From positions 1 through 34,167 of the forward strand of contig JAYVMZ010000346.1 of the NCBI GenBank assembly GCA_043758735.1: a stretch of DNA of 34,167 nt. The letters run 5' to 3'. Positions 8,756-16,809 of the stretch are shown one piece after another. Positions within the stretch are counted from its first letter, which is position 1, and every line of letters begins with the position of its first letter. The notes below the pieces were generated by a model. That model saw only the letters and a list, made by a program, of their open reading frames with translations, searched no databases and had not been told where the DNA came from. A program made the translations under genes and the position numbers. Origin of the DNA: Betaproteobacteria bacterium (lineage in GTDB: Bacteria > Pseudomonadota > Gammaproteobacteria > Burkholderiales > JACQAP01).

Positions 8756-9615
8756 CCCCGTCTGAACGTTGCCGAGACTACGGCCGGTATCGAACTGATA
8801 AGCCGCCGGGATCGCCTGCTTCCTGTTCTGTTGTACCTGGGTCGCATTCAGTCCGAGCGGGTCTTCGTTGTCGGGCTGGTTGATGTAATTGATGATGAAC
8901 GTAAGCGACGTCGAAGCGCTTAGCTTGACCTTGAACTTGGAATTGAACTGGTCCTTGATTGCGGAGCTGTGGTCGCGATAGCCGTCGGTCTCGAAATGCG
9001 AGGCATTGGCAATGTAGTTCAGGTCGCCGAGCTGCCCGCCGAATTTCAGGCCAGCCCTCCACGTCTCATCACTGCCGAAGGAATAGTAAGGCGTGATGGT
9101 GGGACGATCTGGTCCGTTTTCGGTGAATACCTGCACGACTCCGCCAGAGTGGTTGCCGTAAAGTGCTGAAAACAGACCGCGCAATACCTCTATTATGCTT
9201 TTTGCCGACTCCAGGTCAAATAGGCCTGTGCCCCCCTGGCCGTCGGGCGTACTTGCGGGAATGCCATCAGCCAGAAGCTTGACGCCGCGTACGCCAAAAC
9301 CGGCGCGCGCGCCAAATCCCCGCACAATGATCTGCTGCTCTTGGGAAAAGGTCTCACGGTTCTGCACTACGGTTCCCGGCACGCGAACCAGCGCCTCCGA
9401 AATATTGACGCCCTGCCGTTGTTCCTGGATTGTTACCTTGTCGATCGAATTGATTGCGGTTGGCAAGTCGAAGCTCGACTGTTCCACACCTGTCGGCGTT
9501 ACCACAATCGGCGCAAGGCGCACTGCGTCTTCTTGCGCCACAGAAATACCCGAACCCAGAATAAATACGGCGAGGCAGACTGGTTTAGTGCCAGTTCGAA
9601 TGAAACAGCGCGCAT
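8756..9615 (-). pseudogene. Truncated TonB-dependent receptor, YncD/PqqU-like
   Basis: Plug motifs NISEALVRVPG, QNRE, RGFGARAGFGVRGVKLLADGIPA, PDGQG, IEVLRGxFSALYGNxSGGV, TDGYRDHS. Similarity ends after about 290 codons. The ATG at 9615 (RBS GGGGGAGG) is out of frame with the signal-peptide-like segment. Confidence 0.82.
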
Positions 9616-9701
9616 TTTGCGGCCTCCCCCTGATGTTGTTCTGATTCTTTTTTTGATTTTATATTGTGTTCCGCGAACGCCGATAGGGTACCGCAAGAAA
9701 T

Positions 9702-9730
9702 AAAAAAGGGCTGCTCGAAAGCAGCCCTTT
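9702..9730 (-). terminator. Intrinsic terminator downstream of pqqA copy 1
   Basis: Minus strand AAAGGGCTGC-TTTCGA-GCAGCCCTTTTTT, 17 nt after the pqqA stop. Confidence 0.8.
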
Positions 9731-9747
9731 GGATCGCGCCGTGCTAA

Positions 9748-9819
9748 TTAGCGATTGAACACGTACATCGTGACTTCAAAGCCAAAGCGCATTTCGGTGT
9801 ATTCGGGTTTCGTCCACAT
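9748..9819 (-). CDS. pqqA: PQQ precursor peptide PqqA, copy 1 ([23 protein letters not shown])
   Basis: Translated by hand (below the ORF-track cutoff). It has the W-x-[11 protein letters not shown] (ExxxY) and NR-stop pattern, with RBS AAGGAG. Confidence 0.95.
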   Translation of the reverse strand: MWTKPEYTEMRFGFEVTMYVFNR

Positions 9820-9896
9820 GGTAAAGCTCCTTAGAGAGTATAGAGAGTTGAATCTACTTTCGGGCATCGGGGCCGTTCATCACGACCGTGAGACGC

Positions 9897-9980
9897 ATTC
9901 TGGGTGAACCCCTCCACCATCCCCACAGGAAAACCCTGAAATCCGACTCATGATTTTCATTAGATTTGGGGTAACCCCGA
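9897..9980 (-). promoter_or_regulatory. Putative promoter/operator of pqqA copy 1
   Basis: CTAATGAAAATCATGA (minus strand, 9963-9948) lies 45 bp upstream of CAGAAT (9902-9897). Related imperfect palindromes occur at 9924-9939 and 9965-9980. Confidence 0.6.
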
Positions 9981-10003
9981 AAATCTGAATAATTTCCGAT
10001 TAA

Positions 10004-10660
10004 TCAGGGTTCTATGAGTCCGGCGCGAATGGCGATGATGGCCAGTTCAGCGGAATTCGAAGCACCCAGCTTCTGTTTGATGTTGTAGAGGTGGGTACCG
10101 ATGGTGCGCGGGCTAAGCGACATGACTCCCGCGATATCAACAACCGACTGGCCCTTGGCCAGGGAAAGAAAGACCTTGAATTCCTTTTCGCTCAGCATGT
10201 CGAGTGGATTGCGCTCACCATTGAGCTGGTGCATGGCAAGCTGCTGCGCAATTTCCGGCTCGAGAAATGTCTTGCCCTGGCGCACCTGTCGGATTGCCTG
10301 CATGAGGGCTTCCGCCGCACTGCGCTTGGTGAGATAGCCCGCGGCGCCCGCCTTCAGCACCCTGCGCGCGTGCATCGCATCCTCGTGTGCGGACAGGACC
10401 AGGATGCGGGCCGTGGGCTCGCGCGCCAGGATGCGATCGATCGCCTCGATGCCCCCGATTCCGGGCATGGAAATGTCCATGACCACAACGTCCGGCCTGA
10501 CTTCGGGATATTTGCGACAGGCCTCTTCCCCGCTGTCGGCCTCGGCGACCACTCGGATGTCCGACGACCCCTCCAGAAGCAATCGAAAGCCCATGCGCAC
10601 GACGGCGTGATCGTCGACAAGCATCACGCTGATGTTCCCGATTGCCAATTTTCTCTCCAA
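10004..10660 (-). CDS. NarL/LuxR-family response regulator
   Basis: VMLVDDHAVVR, DVVVMDISMPG, GYLTK receiver motifs and C-terminal LSEKEFKV...SPRTIGTH HTH. The TTG start is uncertain. Confidence 0.93.
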   Translation of the reverse strand: MERKLAIGNISVMLVDDHAVVRMGFRLLLEGSSDIRVVAEADSGEEACRKYPEVRPDVVVMDISMPGIGGIEAIDRILAREPTARILVLSAHEDAMHARRVLKAGAAGYLTKRSAAEALMQAIRQVRQGKTFLEPEIAQQLAMHQLNGERNPLDMLSEKEFKVFLSLAKGQSVVDIAGVMSLSPRTIGTHLYNIKQKLGASNSAELAIIAIRAGLIEP

Positions 10661-10674
10661 TTTGATTCCTTCTG

Positions 10675-12441
10675 CTAGCCGGTTGCGGCGCCAGGATAAC
10701 CGGACCCGGGGATCCGGACAGGGATGACCGCGGTTACCGTTACGCCCTCCCCCGGGCGGCTGTCGATGTTGAATTCACCGTTGAGAGCCTGCACGCGTTC
10801 GCGCATGCCGATGAGACCGAAGCGGGTGGCCTCCCGTTCGCGCTGCTGCGCAAATCCTTTGCCGTTGTCGTGCACGGCCACTTTCACAACGTCCCGGAGC
10901 CGGGAATCATTGATCCTCGTCACGTGAATATCCGAACGCGTCGCGGCCGCGTGGCGAGCGACGTTGGTCAGGCACTCCTGGACGATGCGATACACGGTAA
11001 TGTTGATGGTCTCTCCCATTCCCTCGATTGCACCGTCCAGTTGCAGCTCGCACACGATTTCCGGATGCCTGTCCCGCCAGGCCGAGACGAAATCCTTCAG
11101 TGTTTCACTCAACCCCAGATGATCGAGCGCGGTCGGCCGGAGTTGGCGAATGATACCGTGCACGACATCGTAGATGTGCGAAGCGACGGACACGATTGTC
11201 AGTGCGTTGGCATGGACGTCGGGCGAACTCTCCTGCGTGCGATTGGCTATCGCCGTGCCGATGGTCTTGATCGCCGTAACGCATTGCCCGAGTTCATCGT
11301 GAAGTTCGCGCGCGATACTGCGGCGTTCTTCTTCCAGCCTGCTTTGGATCGCGTGCGTCAGTTGGCGGTTCTGCTCCAGCTCGAGTTCGGCCTGCTGCGC
11401 GAGCTTGTGCTCCGTGATGTCGCGCATGCTGCAGATTTCACCGATCACCTCATCACTTACGGGATCGACCAGTGGTGCCGCGGAGAGGGCGACGTCGACC
11501 ACCCGCCCGTCTTTGCTAACGCGTTGGGTTTCTATCATCTCGATCAGGACGCGTCGCTTCACCGTATCAAGATTTTCCTGCAATTCGCCCTGCCGATCGG
11601 GCGCAGTCAACAACGTGGCAGAACGCCCGACGATATCCTCCACCCGATAGCCGAACATCCGTTCTGCAGCAGGATTCCAGAAGGAAATCCGGCCCTCGAG
11701 GTCGTGAATGATGATCGCATCGCTCGATTGCGTCGCCACCAGCGCCAGCCGCCGGTTTTCGGCGAGGCTCTCTTCCAGGGTTTGCGCCATGCGGTTGAAA
11801 ACCTGACCGATGGAATCGAATTCGGGCGAACCGAACAGCGGCAACCGCGTCTCAAACCGCCCCTTTTCCATCAGGGACAATCCCCCGAGGATTTTTCCGA
11901 CAGGCCGAAGGGACCGCCCAAGCAGCCAGAATACGATGACATTCACGAGCAAGAAGAATCCGAGAATCAGCCAAAAAAACTGCTTGAGGTCATCCCACGC
12001 ATCCAGCACGGAACGCGACGGGTCGGACGTGATCACCACGCTTCCGTTGGAAAGGTTCAAGCGGAAGTCGCTCAACCTGGGACGAACAAGTTCGGTAAAC
12101 CAGTGCGGCGCCCAGCGGCCGCGCTTGTAGACGGGCGGCGGAGAAGTGTAAAGGAGCTTTTCGTTTTCATCGTAAAGCCGGATTTCGTTTGCCCTGACCC
12201 GGCCCACGCGTTGCAGGAAGGACAACAAGACCTGATTGTGGGGCGCGTCCTGAATATTGGGGCGGGTGTTCGCAATGACCGTTTCGAGCAATTGCGCGGT
12301 GATCCGTGTTCCCGCCTCCATTTCCTCGCGGATGGATCGCCGGATTTCTTCGACGAGCAGATGGCCGGTTGCAATGACGAAGGCCACGATCACAAGCGTG
12401 ATGACCAGGTTGATGCGAAAGCGCAAGCTCAGGTTGCGCAT
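10675..12441 (-). CDS. Membrane sensor histidine kinase (MoxY-like periplasmic domain, HAMP, PAS, HisKA_3, HATPase)
   Basis: Two TM helices, PHWFTELV periplasmic motif, PAS (WNPAAERMFGY), EEERRSIARELHDELGQ, QECLTNVARHA, DNGKG, FGLIGMRERV. Start set at ATG 12441. Confidence 0.92.
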   Translation of the reverse strand: MRNLSLRFRINLVITLVIVAFVIATGHLLVEEIRRSIREEMEAGTRITAQLLETVIANTRPNIQDAPHNQVLLSFLQRVGRVRANEIRLYDENEKLLYTSPPPVYKRGRWAPHWFTELVRPRLSDFRLNLSNGSVVITSDPSRSVLDAWDDLKQFFWLILGFFLLVNVIVFWLLGRSLRPVGKILGGLSLMEKGRFETRLPLFGSPEFDSIGQVFNRMAQTLEESLAENRRLALVATQSSDAIIIHDLEGRISFWNPAAERMFGYRVEDIVGRSATLLTAPDRQGELQENLDTVKRRVLIEMIETQRVSKDGRVVDVALSAAPLVDPVSDEVIGEICSMRDITEHKLAQQAELELEQNRQLTHAIQSRLEEERRSIARELHDELGQCVTAIKTIGTAIANRTQESSPDVHANALTIVSVASHIYDVVHGIIRQLRPTALDHLGLSETLKDFVSAWRDRHPEIVCELQLDGAIEGMGETINITVYRIVQECLTNVARHAAATRSDIHVTRINDSRLRDVVKVAVHDNGKGFAQQREREATRFGLIGMRERVQALNGEFNIDSRPGEGVTVTAVIPVRIPGSGYPGAATG

Positions 12442-12445
12442 CGCG

Positions 12446-13408
12446 TCAGCGCCTGATGCGGGTTTGAATGCGCCGCGTCGCCGCACACAATTGTGCCGCC
12501 ATTTGCGGCTGCAAAGCCGAATGGCCGCCGTCTGCGACCATGCACAAATCCACGTTGCCGATGCCGCGCGCCACGGCGAATGCGGTCAAGGGGGGACAGA
12601 CCAGGTCCATTCTTCCTTGCACGATGATCACGGGCAGGTTCGTTATTCTCCAGAGATTATCGAGCAATTCCTCCGGGCGCAGAAAGAAGTCGTTGGCGAG
12701 ATAGTGCAACTGGACTTTCACGCTTGCCAGAACTTCCGGAACGGAAGCCACCCCTGCCGACACCGACGGATTGGCAGGATCCATGACCCTCGCCTCGTAG
12801 TCATTCCAGCGCCTGGCGGCTGCAGCGGCGATTCCTTCCGCCGGATTGTCGATAAGACTGCGGTAATGCTGCACAAGGGGCTGGTCCGCACCGCCGGCAA
12901 ACTCCGCCCACGCCTCGGGAATAATGTTGCGCACGCCGGACAGGAACCAGTCCACTTCCGTGCGACTGCCGAGGAATACGCCGCGCAATATCATGCCGGC
13001 AACCCGATCCGAGTGGACCACGGCATAGGCAATCGATAGCGTGCTGCCCCACGAACCGCCAAACAGCAGCCAGTGCTCCACGCCAAGGTGGCGGCGCAAC
13101 GCGTCCATGTCGGCAATCAGATGCGCCGTCGTATTGTCGGCCAGGGAGCCACGTGGTGTGCTCTGGCCACAACCGCGCTGATCGAACAGGATGATGCGGA
13201 AAAATTCAGGATCGAAAAATCGGCGGTGCGCGGGACGCGACTGGCTGCCCGGTCCGCCATGCACGAAAAGCACCGGAAACCCTTTGGGATTTCCGCTCTC
13301 CTCGAAATAAACCCGATATCCGCCGCCCACCTCAAGCCAGTCGCGGCGATTGGGCTCCAGCTGCGGATATAAAGCAGCGCCGTCGGCCTGATTCTGGTCT
13401 GCGGCCAT
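12446..13408 (-). CDS. pip: Prolyl aminopeptidase (proline iminopeptidase, S33)
   Basis: HGGPG, FDQRGCGQSTP, NTTxHLIAD, FGGSWGSTL, LRGVFL, QGRMDLVCP, GHS; the catalytic triad is intact. Confidence 0.9.
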   Translation of the reverse strand: MAADQNQADGAALYPQLEPNRRDWLEVGGGYRVYFEESGNPKGFPVLFVHGGPGSQSRPAHRRFFDPEFFRIILFDQRGCGQSTPRGSLADNTTAHLIADMDALRRHLGVEHWLLFGGSWGSTLSIAYAVVHSDRVAGMILRGVFLGSRTEVDWFLSGVRNIIPEAWAEFAGGADQPLVQHYRSLIDNPAEGIAAAAARRWNDYEARVMDPANPSVSAGVASVPEVLASVKVQLHYLANDFFLRPEELLDNLWRITNLPVIIVQGRMDLVCPPLTAFAVARGIGNVDLCMVADGGHSALQPQMAAQLCAATRRIQTRIRR

Positions 13409-13427
13409 GGCCGGGAAATTTGAACGC

Positions 13428-14489
13428 TCAGGATTCGAGTTTGAACTTGATCGGAACGAGGACGGTTTGATCCCGCCCGCGCAAACCTTCCGGCGGGGCC
13501 GGCAATGGCGATGCCTTGCGGATCATGTTCACGGCCGCCTCATCGAGGATTTCATGGCCGCTTTTCTCCACAACCGAAATATCCGTCACCTTGCCGTCGG
13601 GACTCAGGCGCAATTGAACCACGGTGGTCCCTTCCCAGTGACGCCGCTTCGCAACCGGTGGATATTCTTCGAACTGCTTGATCCGCGCCGAGATGATCTG
13701 CTGATATTGATCCCTCAAGGTGCGCTCACGACTTTCATCGATCGCTTTGGGCTGCGGCGCGACGACGGGCGGAGGTTGTACCGCCACGGGAGCGGGCGCG
13801 GGACGCGCGACGGTTGGCGCAGCAACAGACGGTTCGACGCGAGGCTGGACAACAGGCGGCGTTTCGCGCGGAACCGGCTTTATTTCCGGCCTGACTTCGG
13901 TCCTCGGCTCCATGCGCGGCTCGGGCCGCGGTTCGACTGCTGGTGTCGGCCGTGGCTCAGGTCGCGGTTCCACGCGCGCCAGGGGCGGCGGCTCGGGCGG
14001 CGGCTCGATCTTCGGCTCGGGTCTGGATTCGAGTTTGGGCTCGGCCTTGGGTTCCGGGCGCAATTCGGGCTTCGGCACCACGAACTCCGGCTTCGGCTCG
14101 GCGCGCGGCTCGGCCCGGATGATTTCCGACCGGGGAACCGGCGGGGGCTCAGGCAATGCTTGTTTCACGACTGGTTCGGGAACGGGCTCGGGTTGCGGCT
14201 TTTGCACTACCGATTCAGGCTTCGGCTCTATTCTCGGTTCGACCACTTTGGGCGGCGCCACTGGCTTTTCCTGGACGCGAGGAATCGGCGGCGCTTCTTG
14301 CGCCGTGATCTCAACCTCCATCACCTTTGGCGTTTCGATCGGGACGGAACGAAAACCGGGTATAAAGGCGATCAGAACCGCATGAATCACCACCGACACC
14401 GCAAAGGCCACTCTGAAAGAGCGCTCGCGATACCAGTCGGTCATGGAAGTAGAGAAATAGAGTCCTCTGTCGAGGGCGGCGTCTGACAT
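13428..14489 (-). CDS. tonB: TonB-family energy transducer
   Basis: TM helix with SVVIHAVL, long Pro/Glu/Lys-rich linker, and C-terminal YPxxAKRRxWEG...SGHxILDEAA. The start could be 14489 or a nearby ATG. Confidence 0.9.
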   Translation of the reverse strand: MSDAALDRGLYFSTSMTDWYRERSFRVAFAVSVVIHAVLIAFIPGFRSVPIETPKVMEVEITAQEAPPIPRVQEKPVAPPKVVEPRIEPKPESVVQKPQPEPVPEPVVKQALPEPPPVPRSEIIRAEPRAEPKPEFVVPKPELRPEPKAEPKLESRPEPKIEPPPEPPPLARVEPRPEPRPTPAVEPRPEPRMEPRTEVRPEIKPVPRETPPVVQPRVEPSVAAPTVARPAPAPVAVQPPPVVAPQPKAIDESRERTLRDQYQQIISARIKQFEEYPPVAKRRHWEGTTVVQLRLSPDGKVTDISVVEKSGHEILDEAAVNMIRKASPLPAPPEGLRGRDQTVLVPIKFKLES

Positions 14490-14540
14490 GTTCGAAGGGT
14501 AGTGCAAGCCATTGAGGTAAGTAAAGTTTGAACGCCCAGA

Positions 14541-14608
14541 CTAATGAAAATCATGATGGAGATTTGGTGATTTTCGTAGGGCCAGAAGCTGGCATATTGC
14601 GCCAGAAT
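14541..14608 (+). promoter_or_regulatory. Putative promoter/operator of the pqqABCDE operon
   Basis: CTAATGAAAATCATGA at 14541-14556 lies 46 bp upstream of CAGAAT (14603-14608). It is identical to the box upstream of pqqA copy 1. Confidence 0.6.
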
Positions 14609-14725
14609 AGCGCTGGCTCGCTGGGCAAGGTTGCATTGGCCAACTCAGCAGTTAACGAGCCGGTAATTCGGCAGCGTCGGGGAACATCCCGCTGATTTTA
14701 CAACCAAAACTTTTGGAGAAAAATT

Positions 14726-14797
14726 ATGTGGACCAAGCCTGAGTACACCGAAATGCGTTTCGGCTTCGAAGTCACGATGTACATCGCCAACCGCTAA
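14726..14797 (+). CDS. pqqA: PQQ precursor peptide PqqA, copy 2 ([23 protein letters not shown])
   Basis: Translated by hand. RBS GGAG, ExxxY core, directly upstream of pqqB. Confidence 0.96.
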   Translation: MWTKPEYTEMRFGFEVTMYIANR

Positions 14798-14816
14798 TTC
14801 ATCAGCGTTGGGCTTG

Positions 14817-14850
14817 GACAAAAGCCCCTTCATGGGGCTTTTGTCTTTCT
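14817..14850 (+). terminator. Hairpin/terminator between pqqA and pqqB
   Basis: GACAAAAGCCCC-TTCAT-GGGGCTTTTGTC perfect 12-bp stem, followed by TTTCTT. Confidence 0.75.
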
Positions 14851-14876
14851 TGCAAGGCTTTCAACGAATCAACGCC

Positions 14877-15791
14877 ATGAGAATAAGGGTATTAGGCGCC
14901 GCAGCCGGCGGCGGCTTCCCGCAGTGGAACTGCAATTGCCGCAACTGCGACGGCGTTCGCAAAGGCAGGCTGCGCGCCACGCCGCGAACGCAATCTTCCA
15001 TCGCGATCAGCGCAGACGACGTCAACTGGGTCCTGTTCAACGCCTCACCCGACCTGCTTGCGCAATACAAGGGTTTTGCGGCACTGCAACCCGCACGCGC
15101 CATTCGCGATACGGCCATCCGTTCGGTGGTGTTGATGGATGCGCAAATCGACCACACCACCGGCTTGCTGATGCTGCGTGAGGGACGCCCGCTGGAAATC
15201 TATTGCACCGAGATGGCCCGCGAAGACCTGAGTACTGGCAATCCCCTGTTCAAGATTCTCGGACACTATTGCGGCGTCAACTGGCACAAGGTTCCGACCG
15301 ATCGCGGGAACAGCTTCCCCGTCATCGGTGCGGAAGACCTCAAGTTCACCGCGGTGCCGCTAAAGAGCAATGCCCCGCCCTATTCTCCGCATCGCGACAA
15401 CCCGCATGAGGGTGACAACATCGGCATGCGCATCGCCGACCCGCGCTCCGGCAAGGTATTGTTCTACGCCCCAGGCCTGGGGGAAATCGAACCTCACCTG
15501 AAGCCGTTCCTGGAAGAAGCCGATATCCTGATGGTCGATGGCACATTCTGGACGGACGACGAAATGATCGGGCTTGGCCTTTCCAAGAAACGCGCCCGCG
15601 ACATCGGCCACCTGCCGCAATCGGGCGCCGGCGGCATGATCGAAGTGCTTAAGCCGCTGAAGGCGTCGCGCAAGATCCTCATCCACATCAACAACACCAA
15701 CCCCATCCTCGACGAAGACTCGGACGAACGCAGGCAGCTGGCCGGCGCCGGTATCGAAGTCGCGTTCGACGGCATGGACGTGAAGCTCTGA
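14877..15791 (+). CDS. pqqB: PQQ biosynthesis protein PqqB
   Basis: VLGAAAGGGFPQWNCNCxNC, RTQSSIA, NASPD, DAQIDHTTGLL, GHLPQSG, IHINNTNP. Confidence 0.97.
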   Translation: MRIRVLGAAAGGGFPQWNCNCRNCDGVRKGRLRATPRTQSSIAISADDVNWVLFNASPDLLAQYKGFAALQPARAIRDTAIRSVVLMDAQIDHTTGLLMLREGRPLEIYCTEMAREDLSTGNPLFKILGHYCGVNWHKVPTDRGNSFPVIGAEDLKFTAVPLKSNAPPYSPHRDNPHEGDNIGMRIADPRSGKVLFYAPGLGEIEPHLKPFLEEADILMVDGTFWTDDEMIGLGLSKKRARDIGHLPQSGAGGMIEVLKPLKASRKILIHINNTNPILDEDSDERRQLAGAGIEVAFDGMDVKL

Positions 15792-15803
15792 CCGGAGAAG
15801 AAT

Positions 15804-16523
15804 ATGGGTGCCGCCGACAATCTGCCGTGGAGCAAGCAGGAATTCGAAGCCGAACTGCGTGCCAAGGGCAAGCGCTATCACATCTACCACCCGTTCCACA
15901 TTGCCATGAACAGCGGCAAGTTCACGAAGGAGCAGGTGCAGGGCTGGGTCTACAACCGCTTCTATTATCAGATCAGCATTCCGGTCAAGGATGCCGCAGT
16001 GCTCGCCAACATGCCCGATCGCGACCAGCGCCGGAAATGGATCCAGCGCATCATCGACCACGACGGTATCGAAGGGCAGGAAGGCGGCATCGAGGCGTGG
16101 TTGCGATTGGCCGAAGCCTGCGGCCTGAAACGCGATGATGTCACTTCACTGAGATATGTTTTACCCGGCGTGCGCTTCGCCGTGGATGCCTATGTCAACT
16201 TCGCCCGACGCGCGCCCTGGCAGGAAGCGGCGTGTTCCTCGCTGACCGAATTGTTCGCGCCGGAGATCCACCAGAAGCGATTGGAGAACTGGCCGCAGCA
16301 TTATCCGTGGATCGATGCGGAGGGCTATGCCTACTTCCGCAAGCGCCTGTCGGAAGCGCGCCGCGATGTTGAGCACGGCCTGCAGATCACGCTCGAGTAT
16401 TTCAAGACCCGCGCGGAACAGGAGCGTGCGCTGGGCATCCTGCAGTTCAAACTCGACGTGCTGTGGAGCATGCTCGACGCAATGCAGATCAACTACGGCA
16501 TCGGCGCCACGAAATATGTCTGA
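15804..16523 (+). CDS. pqqC: Pyrroloquinoline-quinone synthase PqqC
   Basis: [54 protein letters not shown]. Confidence 0.97.
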   Translation: MGAADNLPWSKQEFEAELRAKGKRYHIYHPFHIAMNSGKFTKEQVQGWVYNRFYYQISIPVKDAAVLANMPDRDQRRKWIQRIIDHDGIEGQEGGIEAWLRLAEACGLKRDDVTSLRYVLPGVRFAVDAYVNFARRAPWQEAACSSLTELFAPEIHQKRLENWPQHYPWIDAEGYAYFRKRLSEARRDVEHGLQITLEYFKTRAEQERALGILQFKLDVLWSMLDAMQINYGIGATKYV

Positions 16524-16809
16524 AACAACCCCGTTCACCGACGATACAGTGTTCGAGCTGCAGCGTCATTTCCGCTTCCAGTGGGAACCGGCGCAACAGG
16601 GCTTCGTCCTGCTCTATCCGGAGGGCATGGTAAAACTGCCCGGCAGTTCCGGCGAAATCATGAAGCGCATCGACGGCAAATTGACTGTACGCGGCATCAT
16701 TGAAGATTTGCAAACCGCATTTCCCGGTACGGACCTGAAAGGGGACGTCATGGGATTCCTGGAGCATGTACATGAAAAAGGCTGGATCCGTCCCAAGCAA
16801 GCCGGGTAA
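16516..16809 (+). CDS. pqqD: PqqA-binding chaperone PqqD (RRE)
   Basis: From ATG 16516: [23 protein letters not shown]...DVxxFL...KGWI. Confidence 0.95.
   Translation: MSETTPFTDDTVFELQRHFRFQWEPAQQGFVLLYPEGMVKLPGSSGEIMKRIDGKLTVRGIIEDLQTAFPGTDLKGDVMGFLEHVHEKGWIRPKQAG

Noticed and set aside
13860-14260. Short repeats (GGCTCGG/TTCGGCTC) suggesting a repeat array
   Set aside because: They encode the EPKP/EPRP linker of TonB; there is no spacer structure.
10870-14486. Plus-strand ORFs 10870-12456, 12257-13039, 13407-14486, 13720-14385
   Set aside because: Antisense to the kinase, pip and tonB. Their Gly/Arg-rich repeats simply mirror the TonB Pro-rich linker.
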